A stretch of DNA of 64,000 bases from a virus, in IMG/VR virus record IMGVR_UViG_3300044950_000375, positions 17,509 through 81,508 of that record; one strand, written 5' to 3'. The notes under the pieces are model-generated. The model saw only the letters and a program-made list of their open reading frames with translations. It had not been told where the DNA came from and searched no databases. Below are positions 56,375 to 64,000 of the stretch, piece after piece. Position numbers and translations under genes: made by a program. Each line of letters starts with the position of its first letter. Within the stretch, counting starts at the first letter, position 1.

Positions 56375-59300
56375 ATGGCCACAACAATTGATGATTCAGC
56401 AGACCGAAGCAATGGTGCACTAGAACGATTAGCTGCCTCAGCAGAACGGGCGGAACGAGCCTCTGAAGCAAATGCTGTAGCAACTGCACAAGCTGCGGTT
56501 GTGACCAAAAAACTTGCAGACGAAGAAAAAACCGCTACTGAAGCAGCCGCTCGATTCAAAGCCAAAATGGACACTGCTACCGGTGCTGCCGGTAGTCTAG
56601 TAGATGCATTTGTTACCTACAATAAAGAAGTATACAAAGGATCCAGTGCTAACGAAGCTGCTGCTGCCAGCATGCATAAAATGGGCGAAGCAGCCAAATA
56701 TGCAGGTGCGTTTCTTGCAATTCTAGTTCCAGGTGGTCCGGTAGTCAAAGCATTGGTTGCCAGTTTAGGTCTGCTTGCTGCCAAAGCAGCCGAAGCCGGT
56801 GCAGAACTAGCACTACAAACTGATGCTGTTTACAAGTCCTATCAAGATTTAGCCAAAGCTGGCGCCACTGGTAAAGGTGGCATGCAAGATGTGTTTAACA
56901 GCCTACAAAAAGTAGGATTGGGCACACAAAAATTTGGCGAGTATCTCAAACTTGTCAATGACAATTCTCAAGACTTAGCGTTGTTTAGTGGAACAGTTCT
57001 CAAAGGGCGCAAGATCTTTGAGGCCACCATGGGATCTTTGACGGACCAGCAAAAAGAGCAGATGGAGCTGATGGGCTTGAATGACACTGCTAGAGCCGAA
57101 GCCACCATGAATTACATCAAGCAACAACGCTTGTTGACCATGGGCACCAGAGAGCAGATGAACACATCCAGCACGGCTGTGATGAAGTATATTGACGAAA
57201 CTGATAAACTTGCACGTATAACTGGAATTAATAGAAAAGAACAAGAAAAAGCCGTAGAAGAAGCCATGCGGCGTCAACAATTTGCAGCCACAATAGATCA
57301 GTTGTTAGCAGAAGGAAGAATAGATGAAGCTGCTCAACTGAAACAAGGATTGATATTAGCCAAAGCAGCAGGTAAGACTGTAGAAAACGCTTATCTAGAT
57401 TCTGCTGGTGGATTTGTTGGGTCAAGTGAAGCTGCTGCCAAAGGAGCAATGGCCACTAATTTTGAAATGCAAAACTTCATTGATACACTGAAGAGTGGCA
57501 AGGTCAGCACAGAAGAAATAATGGCAGGTTTTGGCAAAGTTGGCAAAGCAGCCGGCGATGTATACAATGGTGTGGGCCGAATACAAGCTCAAATGGGAAA
57601 TATGGAGTCTTTTGGTCTTTCTATTGAAGATACTAGAAGACTGATACAATTCTCGACCAATGACATGGCCAAAGCATTTAGAGAGGCTGGTATTGATTCT
57701 AAAGAGTCTGCTGATGAGTTAGCTAAAGCACAAGCCAAAACAGCAATAGACACTCAAGCAACTCAACTGGAATTGCAAAGAAAACTCAATGAGTTAATGC
57801 CTGGCTATGTGCGTGAACTTGAAAACACTGCTGAAAAGAATAGAGCATTAGTAGTAGCCACTGGCAAACTTGCCGACGATATATTGGACAAATTATCTCC
57901 AGCGTTTAAGCAATTATTTGAAGCATTAGGCCCTATGGTCACAAAAATAGGCGAGTTAATGAAAGACCATGTGCTGCCAGCACTAGTAAGAGCAATTGAA
58001 AGCCTGGCTAAATTTATAACAAAAGTTACTGGCGGAATTTTTAATGTAATGAATGCCGACGGCACAGATGCTAAAGTTAAAGCCTCTGGCAAAGCTGAAT
58101 TGGGAGAAACCGTAGGCGAAATTGGCGGAGCCTACGCTGGTATGAAAGGAGGGGCAGCTCTTGGCACAGGAATTGGAACTGCGCTTATGCCCGGTGTGGG
58201 TACGGCCGTTGGCGCCGTTGGTGGTGGCATTGTTGGAGCACTTGCTGGATATTTTGGAGGTGGAGCACTAGGAAGAGCCGCGGATGCATCAGCACAAGAC
58301 AAAAGTGGTATGCAACAACTTGCAGCTATGTTCGGCAGAAAAAATGAAGCAGAAGTAGAAATAAGTGAAAGAGATAAAGCCTTTTTAGAAAAACATAAAG
58401 CAGGCATTGGCACAAGAGCTGCTGGTGGACCAGTATCGGCCAAAACTCCATACCTAGTGGGCGAAGAAGGTCCAGAGCTGTTTGTTCCCAGCCTGGCTGG
58501 TGATATTGTACCTACTGGTCAACTGCAAGGAACTACTGGCTCAGCACTAAAGCAAAGTGCTGCAATTGAAAAAATTGTTGATCAAATTGTCTTAGATATC
58601 AAGTCAAGACAAAAAATTTCAGACATTGATGCTGACCGCGCAAAAGATCACAGTGAAGAACAGAAAACTCAAACTGCTAAAATCAACAAGTCTATCAACG
58701 ACATTGTTGTTAGCAGTAAAGAACTAGACAGCATTAGCAAAATAGATCTCAAACGTGCTCAAGACTATAGTATTTTTTACAAAGGATTTATTGAGACCAA
58801 AACCAAGTTTGAAAAAGATCAACTTGAAGCAATAAACTATCAACTTACTGAAGGATCTAGTGGTAGCCAACCAGGCAGTGCTGGCAGTAGTGGCAGCGGT
58901 CTGAAATTACCCAGCATGCCTGGTATCTCTGGAATGGGTGGTGGGCAAGGGCTGCAAACCACCAAGCAAGATGACTTGTCTAAGATGGGATTGAATATCA
59001 AAACTGGCGATGTGCAAGCAGAAGGTGCAGGCATTAGTCCCAGGTTGATTGAACTGGCTCGTCAGATTCAAGGCGGCGTACCAGGATTCAATTATTTCAG
59101 TGCATTCAACGACAAGTTCCATCAAGAAAAAGCCCCCAGCAGTCAGCATGCCAAAGGCCTAGCACTAGACTTTACTGTGGCACAACAGCCTAGCAAGGAA
59201 GAAGGCAAGGCCATCACTGATTGGCTCAAAGGCCTAGGCGCCAGTTTGGCCATTGATGAATACAACAATCCCAGTTCAAAATCCACAGCAGGGCATTTTC

Positions 59301-59551
59301 ATGCACAAATTCCTGCCTTTGAAGAAGGTGGAATGCTGGGTGCAGGCAAAGTGGGCATTGCAGGCGAGGGTGGCAAACCAGAATTGATATCTGGTCCAGC
59401 TAGTATTACACCAATGAATGACCTAATGGGTGCATTGAACAATCTCAATGCTGTGATGGAACGCAGCCATAGCACACTGTCTGAAATTGCTAAAATCAGC
59501 AAAGCCACCAGTGACTCAAGCGCCAAGATGCTGTCGTATGCACAGAACTAA
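56375..59551 (+). CDS. Tape measure-like protein with a C-terminal peptidase M15-like domain
   Basis: Long Ala-rich helical region; Gly-rich hydrophobic stretch; RAAGGPV..YLVGEEGPELFVP motif; SQHAKGLALD..GHFH. Confidence 0.7.
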   Translation: MATTIDDSADRSNGALERLAASAERAERASEANAVATAQAAVVTKKLADEEKTATEAAARFKAKMDTATGAAGSLVDAFVTYNKEVYKGSSANEAAAASMHKMGEAAKYAGAFLAILVPGGPVVKALVASLGLLAAKAAEAGAELALQTDAVYKSYQDLAKAGATGKGGMQDVFNSLQKVGLGTQKFGEYLKLVNDNSQDLALFSGTVLKGRKIFEATMGSLTDQQKEQMELMGLNDTARAEATMNYIKQQRLLTMGTREQMNTSSTAVMKYIDETDKLARITGINRKEQEKAVEEAMRRQQFAATIDQLLAEGRIDEAAQLKQGLILAKAAGKTVENAYLDSAGGFVGSSEAAAKGAMATNFEMQNFIDTLKSGKVSTEEIMAGFGKVGKAAGDVYNGVGRIQAQMGNMESFGLSIEDTRRLIQFSTNDMAKAFREAGIDSKESADELAKAQAKTAIDTQATQLELQRKLNELMPGYVRELENTAEKNRALVVATGKLADDILDKLSPAFKQLFEALGPMVTKIGELMKDHVLPALVRAIESLAKFITKVTGGIFNVMNADGTDAKVKASGKAELGETVGEIGGAYAGMKGGAALGTGIGTALMPGVGTAVGAVGGGIVGALAGYFGGGALGRAADASAQDKSGMQQLAAMFGRKNEAEVEISERDKAFLEKHKAGIGTRAAGGPVSAKTPYLVGEEGPELFVPSLAGDIVPTGQLQGTTGSALKQSAAIEKIVDQIVLDIKSRQKISDIDADRAKDHSEEQKTQTAKINKSINDIVVSSKELDSISKIDLKRAQDYSIFYKGFIETKTKFEKDQLEAINYQLTEGSSGSQPGSAGSSGSGLKLPSMPGISGMGGGQGLQTTKQDDLSKMGLNIKTGDVQAEGAGISPRLIELARQIQGGVPGFNYFSAFNDKFHQEKAPSSQHAKGLALDFTVAQQPSKEEGKAITDWLKGLGASLAIDEYNNPSSKSTAGHFHAQIPAFEEGGMLGAGKVGIAGEGGKPELISGPASITPMNDLMGALNNLNAVMERSHSTLSEIAKISKATSDSSAKMLSYAQN

Positions 59552-59552
59552 C

Positions 59553-59560
59553 GGTAAATA
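59553..59560 (+). promoter_or_regulatory. Late-promoter-like box GGTAAATA
   Basis: 7 nt upstream of the portal ATG. Confidence 0.5.
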
Positions 59561-59567
59561 AACAACC

Positions 59568-61337
59568 ATGGCAGAACAAAACAAATCCGGCTGGAAAAAG
59601 TATTTCAAAGTAGCAGACACGTCTGGAGTGATGAGTCCAATTTCGGGAACCAATCAGTTTGGGTTTCCAGGATACGGCAAGAACGATGGCGGAATGGGCA
59701 ACACCAATGAGTTTGGATTCCGCAACTATGCCAGCAGACTGCCAGAAGTTTACTCTGGTCACCCCAACAGAATTGAACGTTATAACCAGTATGAGAACAT
59801 GGACATGGACTCAGAAATCAATGCCTGTTTGGATATCATTGCAGAGTTCTCCACACAGCTAAACGAACAGAACGGCACGCCGTTTGAAATTGACTATCAA
59901 GACAAGCCAACAGACCATGAAATAGAAATCATCCGCAAGCAAATGAAACAGTGGGTGAAGCTGAACAAGCTGGACCAGCGCATATTCAAACTGTTCCGCA
60001 ACACCATCAAGTATGGTGATCAAATCTTTGTGCGTGATCCAGAAACATTTGAAATGATGTGGGTGGACATGAGCAAGTTGGCTCGTGTGATTGTGAACGA
60101 ATCAGAAGGCAAGCGTCCTGAACAGTATGTGATCCGTGACATCAATCCCAACTTCCAAAATATGACTGTGGCAGCAAAGACCACCACAGACTACATGACC
60201 AATCCAGTTACTGGATCAATTTCAGGCAGCTCTAACTATACCATGCCTAATGGCGGCACAGGTGGCGGTGTGGGAAACAGTCGCTTTATGACTGCCATGA
60301 ACGAAGTTTGTCTAGACGCCAAGCACGTGGTGCATATGAGTCTGAACGAAGGTTTGGACACGTTCTGGCCATTTGGCAAAAGCATCTTGGAAAACATCTA
60401 CATGGTGTTCAAACAAAAGCAACTGCTTGAAGATGCTATCCTAATCTATCGTGTGCAACGTGCTCCAGAGCGTAGAATTTTCAAGATTGATGTGGGTAAC
60501 ATGCCGTCACACTTGGCCATGCAGTTTGTGGAACGTGTGAAAAACGAAATGCACCAGCGCAGAATTCCCACTGTAACAGGTGGCGGAAACAACATGATGG
60601 ACTCGAGTTACAACCCGCTATCCATCAACGAAGACTACTTCTTCCCCCAAGGTCAAGACGGACGTGGCTCATCAGTTGAAGTGTTACCCGGCGGTCAGAA
60701 CTTAGGCGAAATTGACGATTTAAAGTATTTCAACAACAAAATGGCCCGTGGCCTGCGTGTGCCATCTAGCTATTTGCCCACTGGTCCTGACGACTCAGAC
60801 CGTGTAACCAGTGACGGAAAAGTAGGCACAGCCCTTATACAAGAGTACAGATTCAACCAGTATTGTGAGCGATTGCAAGCACTAATTGTGCAGAAATTAG
60901 ACGATGAATTCAAGATGTTCTTGAAGTGGCGCGGGTTTAATATTGACTCTAGCCTGTTTAATATCAAGTTCAATGCACCACAAAACTTTGCAAGTTATCG
61001 TCAAAGTGAACTAGATAACACTAGAATAACAGCATTTACATCATTAGAACCCTTGCCTTACATGAGCAAGCGTTTTATGCTAGAACGTTTCTTGGGTCTA
61101 ACTGAAGACGAAATTCAGAAGAACGAAGAAATGTGGCGTGAAGAACATGATGACGTTGATGCACCACCTGTGGCTGGCAGCGACTTGCGAGCTGTGGGCG
61201 TGACCCCAAGCGGTATGGAAGCAGACATTGCTACTGGTGAAGAAATGGCCGGCATGGATCAACCTGGTGCAGAAGGCATGACAGGACCGGGAGCAGCGCC
61301 TCCAGCAGCCGGACCGGGCGCACCTGGAACGTTATAA
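59568..61337 (+). CDS. gp20: Portal vertex protein (T4 gp20-like)
   Basis: LLEDAILIYRVQRAPERRIFKIDVGNMP, EDYFFP..GRGSSVEVLPGGQNLGEIDDL.YF, LRVPSSYL. Confidence 0.95.
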   Translation: MAEQNKSGWKKYFKVADTSGVMSPISGTNQFGFPGYGKNDGGMGNTNEFGFRNYASRLPEVYSGHPNRIERYNQYENMDMDSEINACLDIIAEFSTQLNEQNGTPFEIDYQDKPTDHEIEIIRKQMKQWVKLNKLDQRIFKLFRNTIKYGDQIFVRDPETFEMMWVDMSKLARVIVNESEGKRPEQYVIRDINPNFQNMTVAAKTTTDYMTNPVTGSISGSSNYTMPNGGTGGGVGNSRFMTAMNEVCLDAKHVVHMSLNEGLDTFWPFGKSILENIYMVFKQKQLLEDAILIYRVQRAPERRIFKIDVGNMPSHLAMQFVERVKNEMHQRRIPTVTGGGNNMMDSSYNPLSINEDYFFPQGQDGRGSSVEVLPGGQNLGEIDDLKYFNNKMARGLRVPSSYLPTGPDDSDRVTSDGKVGTALIQEYRFNQYCERLQALIVQKLDDEFKMFLKWRGFNIDSSLFNIKFNAPQNFASYRQSELDNTRITAFTSLEPLPYMSKRFMLERFLGLTEDEIQKNEEMWREEHDDVDAPPVAGSDLRAVGVTPSGMEADIATGEEMAGMDQPGAEGMTGPGAAPPAAGPGAPGTL

Positions 61338-61340
61338 ATA
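61333..61340 (+). promoter_or_regulatory. T4-type late promoter TATAAATA
   Basis: Overlaps the portal stop codon, 5 nt before the ATG at 61346. Confidence 0.65.
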
Positions 61341-61345
61341 ACAAC

Positions 61346-61564
61346 ATGCTACTGACAGAAATCTACAATCAACAGCCTCAAGCCTATCAGGACCTGAGTC
61401 AAGACAATAGTCAATTGCAACTCAACGACTTGCGTAAAACTCGATTGACCTTGCGTCAGCTAAACAAACTGCGTAAGATGAACGACATTCGTTCTGTGGA
61501 ATTCAAAGACAAACTCAAACTGATACGCAAACAGTATCAACCCCCAGCTCAACCCTTAGCCTAA
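61346..61564 (+). CDS. Small head-associated protein (72 aa)
   Basis: Between portal and core genes; RKTRLTLRQLNKLRKM; MLLTE N-terminus. Confidence 0.65.
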   Translation: MLLTEIYNQQPQAYQDLSQDNSQLQLNDLRKTRLTLRQLNKLRKMNDIRSVEFKDKLKLIRKQYQPPAQPLA

Positions 61565-61665
61565 TCAGTCGGCGAGAAAAAACAGCCGTTTTGAGGGTTA
61601 AACACTATAGTTTTTGACTGTTATATTAAATAACAGCACACTTTACCTATAGGAGTTTACCCAAT

Positions 61666-62526
61666 ATGAACCGTTTTGAACAATTGATTGAATACGTCAT
61701 CAATGACGAAGAACAAAAAGCCCGCGAACTTTTCCACGACATTGTTGTGGAAAAAAGCCGTGCTATCTATGAAAATTTAATGGCTGAAGAAGAATTAGAT
61801 GAAGCAGCCGAAGAAGAGCTAGACGAAGCTGAAGAAGACGACCTTGACGAAGGCAACATGATGGGCGGCGACGCTGCTGATGACCTAATTGACAATGTCG
61901 AAACTGAAGAAAACATGAGCATGGAAGGCGAAGATGATGCCGAATTTGACGACGAAGCCGAAGAAGCTGGCGACGACTTAACTGGTGATTTAGAAGCTGA
62001 TCACGATGAGTTTGGCGGTAGCGAAGGCGGTAGCGATGAAACTGCTACCAAAGACGACATCATGAATTTGGAAGACAAACTGGATCAGTTGATGGCCGAG
62101 TTTGAAGCTGCTATGGGCGGCGACGAAATGGGCATGGGCGATGGTGACGGATTTGGTCCTGACGAAGGTGGTGATGCCATTGAAATGGACGACACCGGCG
62201 AAATGACACCAGGCATGATGGAAGCTATCAGCTTGAAAGCAGCCCCAAAGCCAGTTACTGCTGAACAAGGCAACGGCAAAGCAGGTCCTGTAGCATTTAA
62301 TTCAGGCGCAACTGGTATGGCCAGCAAGCCAGTACACACCGGTGCAAACGAAGGTGGACGTCATGACACTGCTGCTTACAGCAACAACACAAAAGAATTG
62401 ATTGGCAAAGTGGGTAACACACCTGCTCAGTCAACACAAGATCTCAAGCCTGCTACCAAGCCACATTTGGGCCAAGCATCAGGCGTGAACACAAAGAGCC
62501 CACTACCAAGCGGTCGTAAGGGTTAA
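61666..62526 (+). CDS. Acidic prohead core protein (gp67/gp68-like position)
   Basis: Highly Asp/Glu-rich with EEELDEA repeats; AGGAG RBS; immediately upstream of the protease. Confidence 0.6.
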   Translation: MNRFEQLIEYVINDEEQKARELFHDIVVEKSRAIYENLMAEEELDEAAEEELDEAEEDDLDEGNMMGGDAADDLIDNVETEENMSMEGEDDAEFDDEAEEAGDDLTGDLEADHDEFGGSEGGSDETATKDDIMNLEDKLDQLMAEFEAAMGGDEMGMGDGDGFGPDEGGDAIEMDDTGEMTPGMMEAISLKAAPKPVTAEQGNGKAGPVAFNSGATGMASKPVHTGANEGGRHDTAAYSNNTKELIGKVGNTPAQSTQDLKPATKPHLGQASGVNTKSPLPSGRKG

Positions 62527-62530
62527 TTAA

Positions 62531-63169
62531 ATGTCATCAAGATACCTAAGAGAAGATCTTACTTTTAGCCAAGCTAACATCCAAGTTTTGGAAGAAGCTG
62601 ATGTTGGCGGCAAAAAGCACCTCTATCTCAAAGGCATTTGCATTGAAGGCGACAAGAAGAATGCAAATGAGCGTATCTATCCTAGACACGAAATTATCAA
62701 GGCAGTTGAAACCATCAACGAACAGATCCGTAACGGTAACTCCGTTTTAGGTGAAGTGGACCATCCAGACGATCTCAAGATTAACTTGGATCGTGTGTGT
62801 CACACAGTTGAAGGCATGTGGATGGACGGACATGCTGGTTGCGGCAAGTTGAAAATTCTGCCAACCCCAATGGGTGAATTGATAAAGACACTGTTGACAT
62901 CAGGCGTGAAGCTGGGTGTTAGCAGTCGTGGATCAGGTAATGTTGATGACAGAACCGGACATGTAAGTGACTTTGAAATAGTCACTATAGATGTAGTTGC
63001 CCAACCCAGTGCTCCTAATGCGTATCCTACAGCAATCTATGAAGGTCTCATGAATATGAGAAACGGTCATAAGATCTTAGAGATGGCTAGAGAGTCTGGT
63101 CAGGACGACAAAGTGAAGAAGTATCTCGCAGGTGAGGTTAAACGCCTTATCCGAGAACTCAAAATCTAA
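62531..63169 (+). CDS. gp21: Prohead core protease (T4 gp21-like)
   Basis: NANERIYP, LGEVDHP, LPTPMG, GVSSRGSG, DVVAQPSAPNAY. Confidence 0.93.
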   Translation: MSSRYLREDLTFSQANIQVLEEADVGGKKHLYLKGICIEGDKKNANERIYPRHEIIKAVETINEQIRNGNSVLGEVDHPDDLKINLDRVCHTVEGMWMDGHAGCGKLKILPTPMGELIKTLLTSGVKLGVSSRGSGNVDDRTGHVSDFEIVTIDVVAQPSAPNAYPTAIYEGLMNMRNGHKILEMARESGQDDKVKKYLAGEVKRLIRELKI

Positions 63170-63181
63170 GGAGAACCAGGC

Positions 63182-64000
63182 ATGTTTGATGCTATTAAAC
63201 CATTGCTTGACAGCGGCTTAATCAACGAAGATGTTAGTAAAGAACTCAACGAAGCTTGGGAATCTAAACTGACAGAAGCTCGTGAGATTGTGCGTGCAGA
63301 ACTTCGCGAGGAGTTTGCACAACGCTACGAGCATGACAAAACAGTGATGGTAGAAGCCCTAGATAAGATGGTAACAGAAGGTCTCGCAGGAGAATTAGCC
63401 AGCATTGCTACTGAAAAGCAAGCATTGGCTGAAGACCGTGTGAAGTTTCAACACAAGATGAAAGAGTCAGCCACTAAGTTTAACAGCTTCTTGGTTACTA
63501 AACTTGCTGAAGAAATTTCTGAACTGCGCAAAGACCGTAAGATGCACACAGAAGGAGTTGCAAAACTTGAGAACTTCGTGGTGCATGCATTGGCAAAAGA
63601 AATTCAAGAATTTGCTGCTGACAAACGTGACTTGGTGGAAACCAAAGTGCGTTTGGTTAGTGAAGCACGTAACAAACTTGAAACTTTGAAAGCACGATTC
63701 GTTAAAGAAAGTGCCAACAAAATGAGCCAGGCTGTTAGCAAACATCTTAAGGCTGAATTAAACCAGTTGCAAGAAGACATCAAAGTTGCTCGCGAGAACA
63801 ATTTTGGTCGTCGTATCTTTGAAGCATATGCTACCGAATTTGGTGCTACTCACTTGAATGAGAAAGCTGAAGTTCGTAAGTTGCATAACACAATTGCGCA
63901 CAAAGACAAGAAATTGTCCGAGGCAATTAAACTCACCATGAAAGCAAAAGTCCTGGTTGAGAATAAAGAGCGCGAACTGCGTATGATTAAAGAATCCAAT
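63182..64000 (+). CDS. Prohead scaffold/core protein (gp22-like), runs off the window end
   Basis: AAGGAG RBS and ATG at 63182; MFDAIKPLLDSGLINEDVSKELNEAWESKL..LREEFAQRYEHDK; coiled-coil-like frame after the protease; not in the ORF track because it has no stop. Confidence 0.8.
   Translation, partial: MFDAIKPLLDSGLINEDVSKELNEAWESKLTEAREIVRAELREEFAQRYEHDKTVMVEALDKMVTEGLAGELASIATEKQALAEDRVKFQHKMKESATKFNSFLVTKLAEEISELRKDRKMHTEGVAKLENFVVHALAKEIQEFAADKRDLVETKVRLVSEARNKLETLKARFVKESANKMSQAVSKHLKAELNQLQEDIKVARENNFGRRIFEAYATEFGATHLNEKAEVRKLHNTIAHKDKKLSEAIKLTMKAKVLVENKERELRMIKESN

Noticed and set aside
1-64000. CRISPR array, DGR, retron/RT, transposase or integrase
   Set aside because: No regularly spaced direct repeats with spacers, and no RT, DDE or tyrosine/serine recombinase motifs were seen in the ORFs.
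1-64000. Alternative genetic code (stop reassignment)
   Set aside because: Core genes are full length and tile densely under the standard code, including a 15-kb ORF.

Overview
A 64-kb segment of a large T4-like (gp55/gp46/gp47/gp20/gp21/gp22-type) myophage genome, read in the standard genetic code. From left to right: (1) 1-13.1 kb, a mostly minus-strand cluster of modification enzymes: five tandem radical SAM proteins with N-terminal Cys-rich twitch/SPASM-like domains, glycosyltransferase-like, sulfotransferase-like and SGNH-like genes. (2) 13.2-43.8 kb, a minus-strand tail/baseplate module: fibre-like proteins, a 5022-aa giant structural protein, and gp6-, gp25-, gp5/VgrG-, hub-, gp53- and tube-initiator-like proteins. 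(3) 43.9-53.1 kb, plus strand: gp55 late sigma factor, gp47 and gp46, interleaved with three more radical SAM genes and other modification genes, ending in a stand-alone GIY-YIG nuclease followed by a ~390-nt ORF-free, heavily base-paired region (candidate large ncRNA). (4) 53.5-56.3 kb, minus strand: a gp26-like chaperone with a canonical -1 slippery site, then a DUF1415-like gene, an ATE/Bpt-like GNAT, a small barrel protein and a 2OG-Fe(II) oxygenase. (5) 56.4-64 kb, plus strand: tape measure, portal, core proteins, prohead protease and a partial scaffold. T4-type late promoter boxes (TATAAATA and variants) precede structural genes. Best candidates for something new: the GIY-YIG plus structured RNA pair, the eight-member radical SAM/glycosylation system, the -1 frameshift in the gp26-like gene, and a fixed-spacing element upstream of late promoters. 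All family calls come from motif recognition by eye; no database searches or folding programs were run.
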